From positions 664,673 to 728,672 of the forward strand of contig BFEA01000027.1 of NCBI GenBank assembly GCA_003427395.1: DNA of 64,000 bases, given 5' to 3'. Below, in pieces: positions 11,805 through 25,249 of the stretch. The stretch comes from Chara braunii (Eukaryota > Plantae > Charophyceae). Made by a program: the position numbers and the translations under genes. Each line of letters starts with the position of its first letter. Position 1 is the first letter of the stretch. The notes under the pieces are model-generated. The model was not told where the DNA came from and ran no database searches. It saw only the letters and a program-made list of their open reading frames with translations.

Positions 11805-12274
11805 ATGAAGCTGACGATGGATGACCATGTGGACTGCGATGACAGATTACTCGAGCTACGACTTCGTGATTATCCTCGCTCACGCTCGTTTCCGTACAAA
11901 GAGGATAAGACACATGTTTGCGTGAGGATGTGCAGGAAGCCGTAGCTCAGATTGAACGCCCCAATTAATACCCTTATGAAACACGTTGTTTTCGACTGTC
12001 GCACTCAGCACTGCACTGGCCCTGCACTTTATGCTCTGACTATCGCTGTATGGAACGGCTAAGGGAGCAGGGATTCGACTACGCGTCACTTAGAGAAATG
12101 AAAGTCGTGAAGAGAGCAGTCCGACTGCACCCCTGTGACTCTGATTCCGAACTCTCCGAAACGCGTCGGAGCCTTGTCCATAACCGAGATCCTGGATACA
12201 CACCCGCACCTTTTCGTCCAGGGAAAAGACGTCCTCACGCACACAACGAAGTTTTAAGGTACTTTTTAGATTAG
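11805..12274 (+). pseudogene. Small unknown protein, intronless copy with frameshift and stop; paralogue of 57021-57572
   Basis: FPYKEDKTHVC / EAVAQI / YPYETRC / HWPCTLCSD / GFDY / AVRLHPCDSDSEL / PAPF / EVLRYFLD* align in order with the 57-kb copy. Confidence 0.7.
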
Positions 12275-13289
12275 GGAGTCCTTGCACCGATGCTTGTCTC
12301 TCTATGTTGTTCCCGCCACTGATTGTCACACCACAAGCGGAAACCACATGGGAGATCCCAGCTCCAACCCGGAACTCCACACTCAACTTTTTTCCTATAA
12401 TCCTTGGCACACCCCCATTCCTGCTTTTCGGACCCTTTCCGCATTTTAGTTACTCCAACAAGGAAAGTTGTGGAGCACGAGGTTGACCGTCACCCCACCT
12501 CACGCCACCTAGCCTATCATCCATAGGCGTTGTCTCTACTACATAGTGCTAAAGACGACTGTGACACCCCATAAGCCCCTTGATCTCGACACCCCAATAC
12601 ATAGCAACCCTACTATGCATATGGTTCGTCGGTCAATGCCCTCTGTCTATAAGCGTAATTGCAGTCCCGAAGATTTCAACCTATAACCTCATACTACAAT
12701 GTCCATTTCTTGTCGTGCTTCAACCAAATTTTTTTATTTTTTTTTTTATCGGGGAAAAAGGTGGGAAAGCCGAAAGGTTGTGCAGTTACGGCACCTCCCC
12801 CCCACCTGTTGCAGTAGCTTTTTTTTTTTTTTTCCCCGAATCAAAACGAGTCAGTTTCGCTTACGAGATAGGCTCCAATTGATCTTCTATGCTAGTATTT
12901 TTAACGTTTTAAACTCAATCCTCACTCTGCTACTTAACTATGTGAACAACCTCTAGCCTTGAGGGAAATAACATGCCTGAGATGGAGCTGTGAGACAGGA
13001 AAAAACAAAGTGATTGTCTTTCCTATCCAAGAGGAAACCTACCTTGAAGGTAATCAACAATACTTCATTTGAAGTTGTTAATGGACGAGTTTCACCAGAA
13101 TAAAATTTGACATGCTGCTACTGTTTTGATCCTGCCAAGCTTGTGATTGGAACAGACATCCATGACACCTGAGATGATCGCAAGGGCACTGTCCGCCCAT
13201 TCGGTTGTTGAGCCAAAGTACTGCTTTGCACCCTCACACCTGTGTAGATAGTCCGTGACCCACTTGGACATCCCTGACTCTTCCAACAC

Positions 13290-14280
13290 TTTTCATTTTT
13301 TTTTCCAAAAAACAAGCTTCATCTATTGGTGGGGAGCAGCACCTGTTGGAAACCGGGTCCAGCGTCCCATAAATACAACCATATCCTTACAAATTGGCAC
13401 AAACTGGGAACCGGGCCCAACATCCTATAATGAGTACGTTCAGAAAACTCATCAGAAAATTTCATGAAAATGAAACTAGGAACTACAAAAAAATCCAATT
13501 AGCCTAATTTAGAACATTCGGTAAACTTTCGAAAAATATAAGAGTGGGAGGGGCGAAACTAAATTGCCTACTATCCTAAATTCCCCCTTCCAACAGATGG
13601 GGCGTCAGTCTAGGCTTTCAGTCCTCGTACCAGAGCTCGCTTGATCTCATATCCCCTTCTGCTAGGGTAACAGGGTTCCACAACCCTCCATAGTACCGAT
13701 CAACCTAGCTCTACAAGACAGGAAGTGTCTTCCTCCCTCGACAATTCCCTCCAGACTTGACTGTTGAGCCTGAACAATCCTTTTCCTCTTTCTACCCTTG
13801 ATTGCAGCCTTATATCTGCCACCACAAGCTTGTGGTTTGAGATTGGGTTGCACACACACTTAGTTGCAATGACTCCTTCCAGGATTTAGTCATTGACCAG
13901 AAAATAATCCAATGGCCTTTTTGTCACCGATTGCATGTCCCTGTACATGGAGGAAGATCCACGTGTAGCTGGGGTTATCCTGGTTCAGCAGGCGGATCAA
14001 ATCTGCTAACTTTATCTCCATGATTAATTCCAAGAAGAGTTGTAGATCTCTTTCTTGCTGCATTAGAGTTTGGCTGCACATCTTCGTCTAAAGACCGGTT
14101 TCCAGTTTCCTGCTATAAGCAACTTCTCGACCTTGGTATGTGGTGGATCAGGTACTTGAAGAAGGTTGCCCGCTCGCTTGAGTCTGTCGGAGCGTAAACT
14201 GTCATGATTCCCAAAACTTCCTTCCCCCAATTCCCAAAAGCACCCACGCCCATCTTTCCCATAAGTCTGTTTCTGATTCC
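13290..14280 (-). mobile_element. Internally deleted LINE: APE-endonuclease fragment joined to 3' UTR and A-tail
   Basis: The minus strand gives VYAP, LLIAGNW, LADLIRLLN..PSYTW, LDYFL, SNHKLV and GLFRLNS, with frameshifts. The family 3' hairpin is at 13323-13379 and a T-run at 13296-13304. Confidence 0.7.
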
Positions 14281-14299
14281 ACTACTCGAGCTTGTAGAT

Positions 14300-17200
14300 C
14301 CTTGTGTAGTAGAAATGTCGAAACTGAGTGTCTCCTCCTGGCTGCCGCTACTAGTACCCAGCCAACAGAACCAGACAACACTGGTTACAGACGAGGGGAG
14401 TCCCGAGAGAGCATTAATAAAGAAAAAGTTTTATATGACTCCTCTCTGACGGTAAAGGCTCATATGGTGCCTCTTCCGGATCAACAGAATCCACAGGTAG
14501 TTGATCTCACAGAAGATCTCCCTGACAATTGCCATCAGAGTTCATGTGCCTTGTCACCTTCTCACTCACCGCTTTCTTCTATCGAGTCTGAACTTACTTC
14601 CAAGATGCAGAGACTGGAACATCGTCTGGTGAAAGGCCAGGGAGTATTATTTTCTGCAAAGACTGGGATTGCCATTTTACCAGCCAGACGAAAATATGAC
14701 AATTGGGAAGTGGGATTATCCATACCCCAGGAAACAATCTATGGCGATGTAACCGTCATGGGTACTACATCCCCCTTTCTTTCACTTTCCACCAAGGCTG
14801 GTCGATTAGCAAGGGAGCCTTTAATCAGACATGAAGTATTGAGATTTATCAAAAACAGCATCCTTAATCATAACGAGAGGAGATCAGCGATTGGCAGAAT
14901 GGGATGTTTTTCTCAAATATGAGTCCGGAAAGCAGACCAATCTGAAATGACTCAATCAGGACCTCCTCATGGAACTGCAACTTATGAAGGTCAAAGCGAG
15001 TTGCTTCTGGTCTGAAACAGATGTGGGTACATTACTGGTACGTCTCTTAAGCCAACAGTTTTTGGCATCAGGGGGCCTGCTGGACCTAGGTCAGTGGCTA
15101 GACCTGGGTAATAGTATAAATATCTAATCTAGAAACTATTCTTCAGTTGATTGGCCGGATAGATAGCGTTTGTTTAAGATGGATAAGTATCATTTAATTG
15201 ATGCCCTATACAATAGGGACAGATCGTGAAAATCTACTAAAAGGCAGGCAGACTTAGACCTGCGATCACTCAACGTTAACGGTTTGGCCTTTGCAAAGTT
15301 TGAAAAGAAGCAAGTTATATATGATCAGCTTAAAGGAATAGGAGGTAAGGAATGTGTATTCAGGAAACTCACTTAATGGACACTGCCTCTCATAATCATT
15401 GCCACAAAGAGATCTGACCCCATACAGCCTTCCGGGCTCATGCACCTCGTTCAGGGAGTGCGGGAGTTGCAATTTGGATCCCTCCGGAGTCCAAAGTAAA
15501 TCCGGTTTATTGGGAGGTTGACAAAGAAGAGGGGAGATAGACATACATTCTTGCGATGTTAGACCTAGAGATTGTAGTTGTCTTGTGTCGGTATGGGCCA
15601 AATGAAGCAGGTAATCGACAACGCTTCTTCGGGTCCCTCATCCCCAAACTCTCGGTAGGTATCCCGGTCATCATTGTTGGGGATTTTAATGTTGCCCCGG
15701 ATCGCTCATTGGACCAGTGGCCCATCCCGGACCCATGCCCAGACTACGTAGCAGCGGATGAAGCAATGATGGATAATCTTACCCAATCTTTTAACCTTTT
15801 TTACTATTTTAGAAGACTAAACCCCACACTTCGCATTTTTTTATGCTTTAGGAAAAACCAGTTTAGGATAACTTCGAAGTCACGAATAGATCTGATCCTC
15901 CTTTCTGAAGATCTAGAAGGAGTTGTGCAAATAGCTGAAATTTTTCCCAGAAACCTTCTTCCTGGACTGGACCACGCTATGTGTGCAGTCCTCCTGTCAT
16001 TTTCCAAAAAGTCAGACCAAGGTAGAGGTTATTACAAGCTAAATACATCTCTTCTATATATAGAAGGATTCAAAACCTACCTCAAGGATGTTTGGAATTT
16101 ATGGCGCCAACAGAAGACTCTCACCAAGGATAACATAACGTGGTTCAACAATGGTCTAGTTTTCCTAGGTCATAAATGCAATGAATATTCGAAGTTTTTA
16201 GCTGTTGAATGTCATTCCAATGAATCAAGACTTTATCAACGTATTCATAAGTTGCAATCACAGGAAAATATTTCAAACGATGATGAGAATAATGAGAGAG
16301 TTGCCCAAGAAATTCAGGAATTAGAGGATCGTCTTCTTTCCCTCATGGAGTACCGATGGTAGGGAGCCCGGATAAGGGGAAAGCTTCGTCAGGCTGCTAC
16401 TGAAGGAGGAATAAATGCTAGGGTTTTTGCTATGGCTCGAGCTCGGACAGGTAGAACAGTAATTGAAGCCTTTGCTCACCCTCAACGACAAAATGAACAA
16501 CGAGCAACATCTACGGCAGAGTGCACCAAAATCGCAAAAGAATTTTTCAAATCCCTCTTCCTTTTAGAGACAACAACCACTCCTGTTAACCAACGTATCA
16601 AAGATATTTACGATTTCTTAAAACCATTGAAAAAATCTCTTTCCGACTCTCAAAGGGACCTATTAGAAAGCCCGCTAACGAAAGAAGAGATATGGACTGC
16701 CCTGATGTTCATGGAGGAAGAGAAAACGCCTGGAATAGATGGATTACCTAAGGAATTCTGAGAATCTCTTTGGGATTTTATCGCTCAAGACCTAATGGAC
16801 TTCTATCAGGATGTTTGGGCTTCAGACCGACTAGGAGAGATAGTGGGGCAAGGGGTCCTAACACTCCTGTACAAAAAGGGTGACAAATGCAATATTTGAA
16901 ACTATCGCTCCATCACCCTCCTCTCAGTTGTGTATAAACTCATATCTAAAGCCCCCACTATCCGTCTTAATAAACATATAGCTGACATAATCCACCCCGT
17001 CCAGACGGGTTTTATCCAAGGAAGGAATATTCAGGATAACATCCTCCTCATAAATGAATTGGTCAAACTTTCTCGCCAATCTAAACATAATGTTGCCTTC
17101 ATCTTTATAGATTTTGAGAAAGTAAGACCACGTGGATTGACTCTTCCTGGACAAATGCCTAAACAAGTTTAACTTTGGCCCGAACTTCAGAAGATGGGTA

Positions 17201-19770
17201 AAAATCTTACATGAGAATGCATCAACAAAAGTCATGGTCAATGAGAATGTAGCCCCTCTTATAATGCTACAAAGATCAGTTAGGCAAAGAGATCCCATTG
17301 CCCCGCTCCTCTTTGTAATCATCATGAAAGTCTTGGCAGGTCATATCCGCCACCATAAAGATATCAAGCACATCCAAGTTACATCCATACCAGAGGATGC
17401 TATACCGGTATGTTCACTCTTCGCTGATGACCTATCTCTCATGGTTGATGCCTCACATGAAAATCTCAAGGCAATACAACGGATTATGGATGAATTTTGT
17501 AAACTATCAGACATGAGGATAAACTGGGGGAACAAAACCCTAGGTTGGTGGATTCACTATCAAGGAGTAAGGCCTCCAGAGAAATCAATGATCAAATGAC
17601 TCCCTCTTGATTCACCAGTTAAGGTTCTCCAAATTTCAGTATCAGCCCTTGGCAAACCAATATCAAATAGTGAAGGGATTTTGAAACAGGCACTCTCAAA
17701 ACTCGAATTATGAAAAGATAAACACACTTAATTGCTAGGAAGAACGTTAGCGATTAACAATGTAGTCCTCACCTCTATTTGATATAAATATGTTGTCTGG
17801 GCGCTTGATAATGTATCCATTAAGATCTTGCAGAGGCAGTTGGTAACATTTATTTGGCGTGGTAATCATGAATCCAAAAATGTTCTTAGCAGAGTGGCAC
17901 AACAATCAATAATTAAACATAAATCCAAAGGTGGTCTTGGCATAATTGACCCCACCACCCAAGCGAAGACACTTTCAATTCAATGGATAAAGCGCATGCT
18001 ATTCAATCCTCAAAACTCGTAGAGTAATCTGGCTTGTGAACAGATCAGATGCCTTGCCCCTCCCACCCCAGATGAGGTTGACCCCCTAATGTGGTTGAAG
18101 AATCGTGCCTGGCCGCTTCCAAAGGCGTCCCCATCAAAGTTCAAAAATATGGATTTATCTGATCGCCAAGCAGCCAAAAGTAACCTATCTCGGGATCCCT
18201 TCTGGACTGATCTGCTTAAAACTTGGAGGAAACTACCCATCCCGGATAAAGTAACTCCGAAAAGATGGGAAGAAGTATGCCAACAATCATTATTCAATAA
18301 TGCTCTCATCAGAGACTCTCATGGATGCACCCTAAATTGCACAGACTCACCTTGGAAAGGTTGGATCAAAAGAGGATTCATGCGCATCAGAGATATTTGG
18401 AATGCGGACGCCCAAGATTGGATTGTCCTCCCGAACCTCAACGACAAATTAAGATATTGTCACCACCAGAAGGGAGCATTGGAACAGATAATAGGTACAA
18501 TCCCCTTAGATTGGCTAAGGATCTTGAGGAAAGGACCTACCCTTATTCCAAATGATTGGGTCTCCATCTATGATCAGCCTGGAGTAGTAGGGAAGATTAG
18601 TGAAGTGCGCCCTACTAGTGCTGTGCTAATGACAATTTACGAATTAGGGGAGGAATTACAATCAGTTAAATAGTTCCATTCTATCAAGTCCAAACCAGCT
18701 AAAGTGGCATCCCTACAATGGCAGATCACTCACCGATGCTTGCCAACCAATGACTGGATCATTGACAGAACTACACTAGAACAAAGAGGAATAACCCTTC
18801 CCTGGTGCAAGTTCTGCAAATCTGCCTTCCCGTCCAAATTGATTCCGGAAACAATAGAACATATATTTCTTCAATGCCCAGGGTCGGTTTGGCTATGGCG
18901 TTGGTGGGACAGGATTTGGAATCAGATAGAAACCTCCCTACCATGGCCATGGAACTGGAAAGCTCTCCTCCTGGAAGCCTGAGCCCCATCATGTGAAGAT
19001 AGCTTCACAACTAACCTATTCACGATTGGGAGAAGAGCTGTTATCTGGGCCATATGGTCTTGCAGGTGCACATTTGAAATGGAAGATGCCCGTCTAGATG
19101 GGCCTGAGTTCACGAATACCATCAAGCAACAAATCCAACTAGAGATTAACTCTAGATAGGAAACATTAAAAGAAAAACTTAAACCTTTGACAGCAGAAAA
19201 GGAAATCAAACAACACATAAAAACTTTCAATCAAAACTGGCTTGGAGGGGAACAAGGTGGTAAAATAGGGCAGGTTAAATGGAATGGAGTGTGCGAGATT
19301 GCTCACGGTGAGCTCCCAAGGAATTACCACTTATACTTTAATGATTGGAGCAACATTGATCCCTACATTCCCCTCAGCCCCCTATCTGATTTTCCTGATC
19401 CTTTTCCTTCACCAAAGCTGGCCTTAGTTCCTGGCTCATGGTTTGTGCTTGAGTGATCAACTGTATCTCAGTATTGCGTTTATCTGTGGAATCCAGTCCC
19501 AGCTCCTGATAAGCAGGTTGGGAGTGTTAATACTGCTAGGTGCAATGGCTTATCTGGCGCCCGGTTAGGGTGAAGAGGCATAACAATTCCCAGCATTCCC
19601 AGATCTGAAGGGTCGTTGGGCCCACTTTTCAGCTTCAGGTGCACCTGCTTGGGCTCACTCCTTCACGTGTGCCTTGAGCGGGGGACCAGACCTGTGGGCC
19701 CTCCATGTGTGCCCTGAGTGGGGGACCAGACCCGAGTGGTGGATCAGCCAACTCTTTCACCACCATCATT
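14300..19770 (+). mobile_element. L1/Tx1-like non-LTR retrotransposon, near full-length, decayed (ORF1 remnant ~14300-15240; ORF2 ~15260-19456)
   Basis: EN: SLNVNGL, IQETH, IVGDFN, SRIDLIL, LDH. RT: KTPGIDGLP.EF, YRSITLL, QTGFIQGRNIQDN, IDFEK, RQRDPIAPLLF, FADD. Also KGGLGI and zf-RVT HRCLPT..CKFC..ETIEHIFLQC. Many stops and frameshifts. Confidence 0.92.
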
Positions 19771-19789
19771 TTCTGTTCCCATGAAGATG

Positions 19790-20330
19790 TTATTTTATTT
19801 ATTTATTTATTTTCTGTGAAAGATCAGTACTCGATTTATGTTCCTGAGTTTTTCACGATTGTTTTCAATAATTATTCTGATCACAAAAAAATCCCAAAAT
19901 CGGCACAATCAGAATTTTGCAACAAGCCGCTAGCCACCCCTGGACAAGCCTACTAGCCACTGTCATGGGCAGCCTAAACAAATCCCTTGCTTCAAAGACT
20001 GTGGACTCTTTTCTGGACCTCCAGTCAGACGTAGGACCGGTCCGGAGGTACTGGTTTTGCAAGCAATAGCTGTGGGTCATCTGTCCTGCCCTAACTTGAA
20101 GGACCAGTCCTGTGCAACCAGAAGACCTTCTCAAACCCATTTCTTTTTCCGGCGGTTGGCTGCTCCGGAAATTCTTTTTCCGGCGGCTGGCTGCTCCGGA
20201 AATTCACACCACCTTGGGGCTGCGACTGAGTAAGTTGCTCAGTGAGTACCACGTGTACTGCATAACAAAACGCCCTGAGTGGTTGGGTGGAAATTGCACC
20301 TAGCATCTTTACGTGTCCAACGAATGTTGA
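19790..20330 (-). mobile_element. Probable 3' fragment of a second LINE with (TAAA)n tail
   Basis: A (TTTA)n run at 19790-19812 lies next to a short minus-strand coding remnant. Confidence 0.4.
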
Positions 20331-20949
20331 ACCACAGTGTCTCTCAGCAAGGGGGTAGGAACTAGGCATAGTACCTATTCAATCTGACCCGCAGTCTGCT
20401 TTTACGGCGTCATTGACAATGAACGTGGTCATAACGTAGTTAGCCGTGTAGCCACTTGTTACACACATTCATTTTCACTTTGAATTTAGAGTTCAGGGTA
20501 TTCACACACCTGAAATGTAATGGGTGGTGGTTGTCACAGACATCACTCACACCTGCCCACCAAAGCTATGTGCCAACCCACTCGCGGGCACACCAAACGG
20601 AGAGAACTGAAACAGGGGGGGAAAGGGTGATGGGTAGGCAATGTGTGACCATCCGAAATCGTCACGAGACATTGCCCCCCATCTGAATGCATAGATATTC
20701 AGACCAGGTCTTTCCTGGATATATCTTACTGCCCTTAGGGCCAAAGAGGTACCTGCCACACACATCCAATGTGGCTGAATGGTACACACATGAACAACTC
20801 ATAAGTTCAAATCCTTCCATAGAGAAAGGTAAAAAATATCTTCCACTTGACTCTGTTAAGGTAAATCGCACTTTCCTTCCCAGAGAGAAAGGTAGAAAGT
20901 ATCTTCCACTTGGCTTTGTTACGTTAAATCACACTCTCAAAATCATCGG

Positions 20950-21540
20950 GCATCTTGCTGTATGGTGTATTACGAGCTCCAGTCCCTGACACGTTTGGGA
21001 ATTCTGTGGAAGAGTGGTTGGAAGAGTGGGACCCCACCGCAGAGGATGGAAAAGGCAGTTTTTCTGAGCTCGGGAAGGCCGGAAACTTGAGAGGGACCAG
21101 TACGTGGTTGCGGATGCCCGTTCGAAGGGCAGCACACCTGTTTCGGATGTCCGGTCCTGGGTGGCGAGTGACAAGAGCATGTCTGTATCCGTTGCCATTG
21201 AGCCACGGGACGTCTCGGCTCGGACCATCGATGGACCAGCAGTTTGGCGAGGAGTTTCCAACCAAGGACATGCCCCCCCCCCCTACCCTCTGGAAATGAC
21301 ACAAAATTCCGGCGGAAAGTCCTCCGGAGCCATTTTTCCAACCGGAAAAAGTGCAGTTTTCCAGAGTGTGTTTTCCAGGCGGTTGGGCCCCGGAAAACCG
21401 CCCCCACCTCCGAAAATCGGTTCCCCAAACGACCTCTTTCATCCAATGGTGTCTCGGAAAAGTATTTCCAGGCCGTCTTTTCCATGTCTTTTCCACGATT
21501 TTGTCCTGTGGGGTCCAGGCCTGAGTCCCACGTGGTGAGT
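20950..21540. mobile_element. Non-autonomous DNA-transposon-like segment, homologous to 53860-54290
   Basis: acaaaatt.cggcg..agtcctccggagcca.ttttcca is shared with 54025-54065. Inverted GGACCCCAC motifs lie near both ends (~21029, ~21510). Confidence 0.55.
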
Positions 21541-21749
21541 TGAACGTATGCTGACACTTCATCTCTGACCGTCGATCTCTGCGATCTACGGTCCCACCCA
21601 GTTCTTGTGCACCGGGGTATCCTATAGGTAGCATGCTCATAACCAGGTTATGGATTCTGTTGCTGTGCGGGTTGCTACATTTCTCAGTTCACCGAGCATC
21701 CGCATGAAATGACAGTCCTTTTCTTCTTTCAAGTTTCAATAGCAAAGCA

Positions 21750-22690
21750 GTGGTAATTCACCTCCTTTTTTGGGGGTGGAAGAATTGTAGTCTTTCATTT
21801 TGAAACCATAGACGAGGCCGGGAATTCCTTGCAAACAACCTGGAAATTTTACTGCGGCCATTACCCAGCTTCGGTTTGTGCTGCAAACCGGGTCCAACGT
21901 ACCTTCTGTTCCAGACAGAAAACAATCCTTAAGGGAAACACACAACGCACAGCCAATCCTACCGCGAAGACTACTCAAAAGGTAAAACTCTTATCCTACG
22001 AAATACCAACAGCATTCTGGTAGAACCCCTTCCGGGCACCGGCCAAATTTGGCCAGGGCTAAACACAGGGCATTCACTAAGAGGTGAGCTAAGAGGTAGA
22101 GCTATCCAGTGGAAACCGGCCACTGAGCCAGGGGGGATTTTCCCTTCCAATGAAAATTCTGCGAAGTGCCCATCTTTGGCCCACTTCTTGCCAAAGTAAG
22201 GTAGGCATCATTCTTATTCAGTCAGTGCGATCTCTACTTTTATCTGATTTAGCAGCTGTTGAATGAACCAGTCTTCTGTCTCCTCCGAAGACTTCCGCGT
22301 CGCACGCAGACCAGATCTATAGTGCTCATTATGATCCCTCTGCAGACAAGAGCTACATAGTTAGGACCTTCAAGAGGAACCCCCTGGTGCAGAAGGGAGA
22401 ATTCATATAGAATAAAATGGTCAGACCAATCCACAGTCTGCTTTGACTGTAACCTCCACTTTTCTTTCCACCATTCCGATATCTGGGAGGAGACAGGGCC
22501 GTGCAGCCAAATGTGGGCAGCAGATTCCAAATGTGGGCAGAAGATTCCACAGCGAACACAGGTGGATGATATTCTCATGTCCTTAGCGATTAGCCATGTA
22601 GCAGCAGCTGTAGCTTGAAGGGACTGTGTAACCATGACAGTGCTGCATGTTCTTGAGAGGGGACCCGTTTAAGAGCCTTCAATAATTTAA
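21750..22690 (-). mobile_element. 5'-truncated LINE (zf-RVT C-terminus plus 3' UTR)
   Basis: CVRC..ESAAHIWLHGP..WWKEKW; diverged family 3' hairpin at 21880-21898. Confidence 0.75.
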
Positions 22691-22849
22691 GCAAATCGGA
22701 GTCTGTAAGTGGGAATTCAGTACAACGACGTGGGCCCATCCATTACAACAACGTTGTCATACGTCTAGACTAGAATCCAGCGGAAAAAAAAAAAGAAAAA
22801 AAAAGAAAAAAAAAAAGAATCCAGCCTGTACAACAACGTGGGCTACAAA

Positions 22850-23035
22850 AAAAAAAAAACTCCCGCTCACATTCACTTCTCGCGGAGTCGTTTCACAGAG
22901 TGGAAATGAGAGTCTGTAAGTGGTAATTCACTTCCGCCGTAAAACTCCCACTCACTTTGCCCTGAGTCATTTCACAGAGTGGAAACGGAGTCAAGCCCGA
23001 CGGGGTCCTGAGTCATTTCACAGAGTGAAACCAGA
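22850..23035 (+). repeat. Short direct repeats (gagtcrtttcacagagtg x3)
   Basis: Copies at ~22885, ~22964 and ~23010. Confidence 0.7.
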
Positions 23036-24670
23036 GTTAAGTTTAACTCAACAGGGTCTTCTTTCCGCGCGATTCCCTTCCAAGACAGTTCCTTTGCGCA
23101 AGGGGTCTTTCATCCGAGTGGGGCACAACAGAGAGGGGTGAATGAACGACGACGAGAGAACTTTCCTTTTTCTTTGGGGGGATCCATCCCTGTTCTCTGA
23201 GGGCAGGTAGGACTTTTTCATCAAGTGATCTGTGGACGTAATTGCGGGTACATACCATACAGGACGAGGTCGTGTTTGCGGTCACATGCAGCTAGGAAAG
23301 TCCTCGTGTGATTAGGGCCTCCTTTGTCCAGGCAAGCTGCGGGCACTACAGGTGTGCGGGGTCTAGGTCCCATTAGGGTGTGTTCTTCATTCTTGACCGC
23401 CGATTGTGGCGGGAATACGCAGATCCATGGCCAGAAATGAGGAACACCATCTAGTGGGACTTGGCCCCGGTCCGGGAACCCAGGCAGCATAGTACAACTG
23501 CCACTGGTGTTACCGTCACGCGCTGGTTGGTTGGTTGGTTCTGTTTTTTGTTTTTTGACGACTGGCGCAGCTGCTTCAGTTGTTCGACGGTCGATCTCCG
23601 TCCGCGTGCGCCGCAACGCGCGGCACGGCGCGGCGCGGCGCGGCGGAGGGGGCGCAAGGTTTACCTGTGGATTGCCCTACGGTAGGGCATTCTCACAGTA
23701 GGACTGGGGCCTCAGCTGCGCTTGCGCCTGCGGCCGTCCCTGGCCGTCGCGCTTGCGCGGCTGGGGCGCTTTGAGAGCACCACACCGCGCGGGCGGGCAA
23801 TGGTGTCCTCCCATCCATCCGATCTCCCGCGCGAGACAGTGCGGAGAGCTTGTTTGGTTTCCTCGAGAACAGTGCGACAGGCCGGCGGAGAGCCGAAAGA
23901 GTTACAGCTTGCCTGTGGAGGGTCTTGGGAAATGTCGACATGCTCAACGTGTGGTTTGCGCGCGGGTGGTCGCGGGCGTGTGGAATGCTTGCCAGCATTC
24001 TAACCCGATTTGGCCAAGGGACCATCAGTGTAGTTTATACAGCTTGGAATGATTGGTGATTTTTCTTGCTAAGGTAGTGATGGGAAACTCTACAGCTCCT
24101 GGCTTGAGAGCGTGTGGAACTTGTGCCTTGCTGTTGGGACGGAGAAGATGGAAAGGTCGTTGACGCACTAAATACCCTCTCTGTTAATTTGGTGTCTTTG
24201 TGAAGTTACGCGTGGAATTTCCGCCGCGTTCCGCTCCCGCGCTAGCGATCTCGCGAGCGCTCTGGCGCGGGGAGGAGCTTCGTTGGTAATTGGTAATAGG
24301 GTTGTAGGAGTTGAATCGTTCCACCGATTGCAGGTAGTGCCGCGGGCTTGTGTTGTGTCGAGCGCCGAAGTAAGATCGGTACACGTAGTAGAGGCAACGC
24401 CAGAAGAGTGCAAAGGCGCTTCGGCAAAATTAAGCGAGCGGGAGGCGGGTTTTGCGAGAGAGAGCCGATGTATCTGGGAAGAGCGCAGGACTCCTCGGTT
24501 GTGGTCGTCCGAAGTCTGACTCAGAGGCGCGCACTCACGGACACCCACTCTTTCACACGCATATAGACATTCACGCGCGCGCACACTTCACATACACTCA
24601 CAGGGACATTCACGCGCGCGCACGCTTACATAGGGACGTTCACGCGCGCGCACAATTACATACACTCAGG

Positions 24671-24675
<5 letters not shown>

Positions 24676-24742
<67 letters not shown>

Positions 24743-24772
24743 GACACAGAGAGAGAGAGAGAGAGAGAGAGN

Positions 24773-24842
<70 letters not shown>
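24676..24842. repeat. (CA)n/(GA)n microsatellite in the promoter/5' UTR of the UBC gene
   Basis: Directly visible, ~140 bp upstream of the ATG. Confidence 0.9.
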
Positions 24843-24843
<1 letters not shown>

Positions 24844-24980
24844 CTAGTGTGCGTGTGGCAGGTGGTGGTCGTGGCTGAGCAGCGGGACCGCGGTGTGGTG
24901 CGGTGGGAATTGTGTGTCTGTTGAGCTTTTGCCTAGAGAAGAGGTCGACGCGACTGGATTGATAGCGCAGGAGAATCGAC

Positions 24981-25105
24981 ATGTCGACTCCGTCGAGGAA
25001 GCGGCTGATGAGGGATTTCAAGCGGTTACAGAATGATCCTCCTGCCGGAATTAGCGGGGCTCCTCAGGACAACAACATTATGCTTTGGAACGCAATAATT
25101 TTCGG
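24981..25105 (+). CDS. UBC2: Ubiquitin-conjugating enzyme E2, RAD6/UBC1-2 type, exon 1 of 4 (154 aa total)
   Basis: [42 protein letters not shown]; donor GG|gtatgg, phase 2. Confidence 0.97.
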
Positions 25106-25249
25106 GTATGGATACCCTTCGCGACTGCTCCCTTACCCCGTGTTTCTGCCATTGACTCCGCGCCCCTCTCGAGGCTTATATTAGCCCTTTGGGGTCTTGA
25201 CTTTTGACTGTTTCTAAGCGTAGCTTTTGCCCGGTTGCGAGTGTTTGTT

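Noticed and set aside
13890-13960. RNase H-like HVQGH motif
   Set aside because: The flanking motifs (VYAP, AGNW, YTW, LDYFL, SNH) show this is a frameshifted LINE endonuclease.
23043-24025. Divergent gene upstream of UBC
   Set aside because: Short GC-rich ORFs without recognisable motifs or a consistent exon structure.
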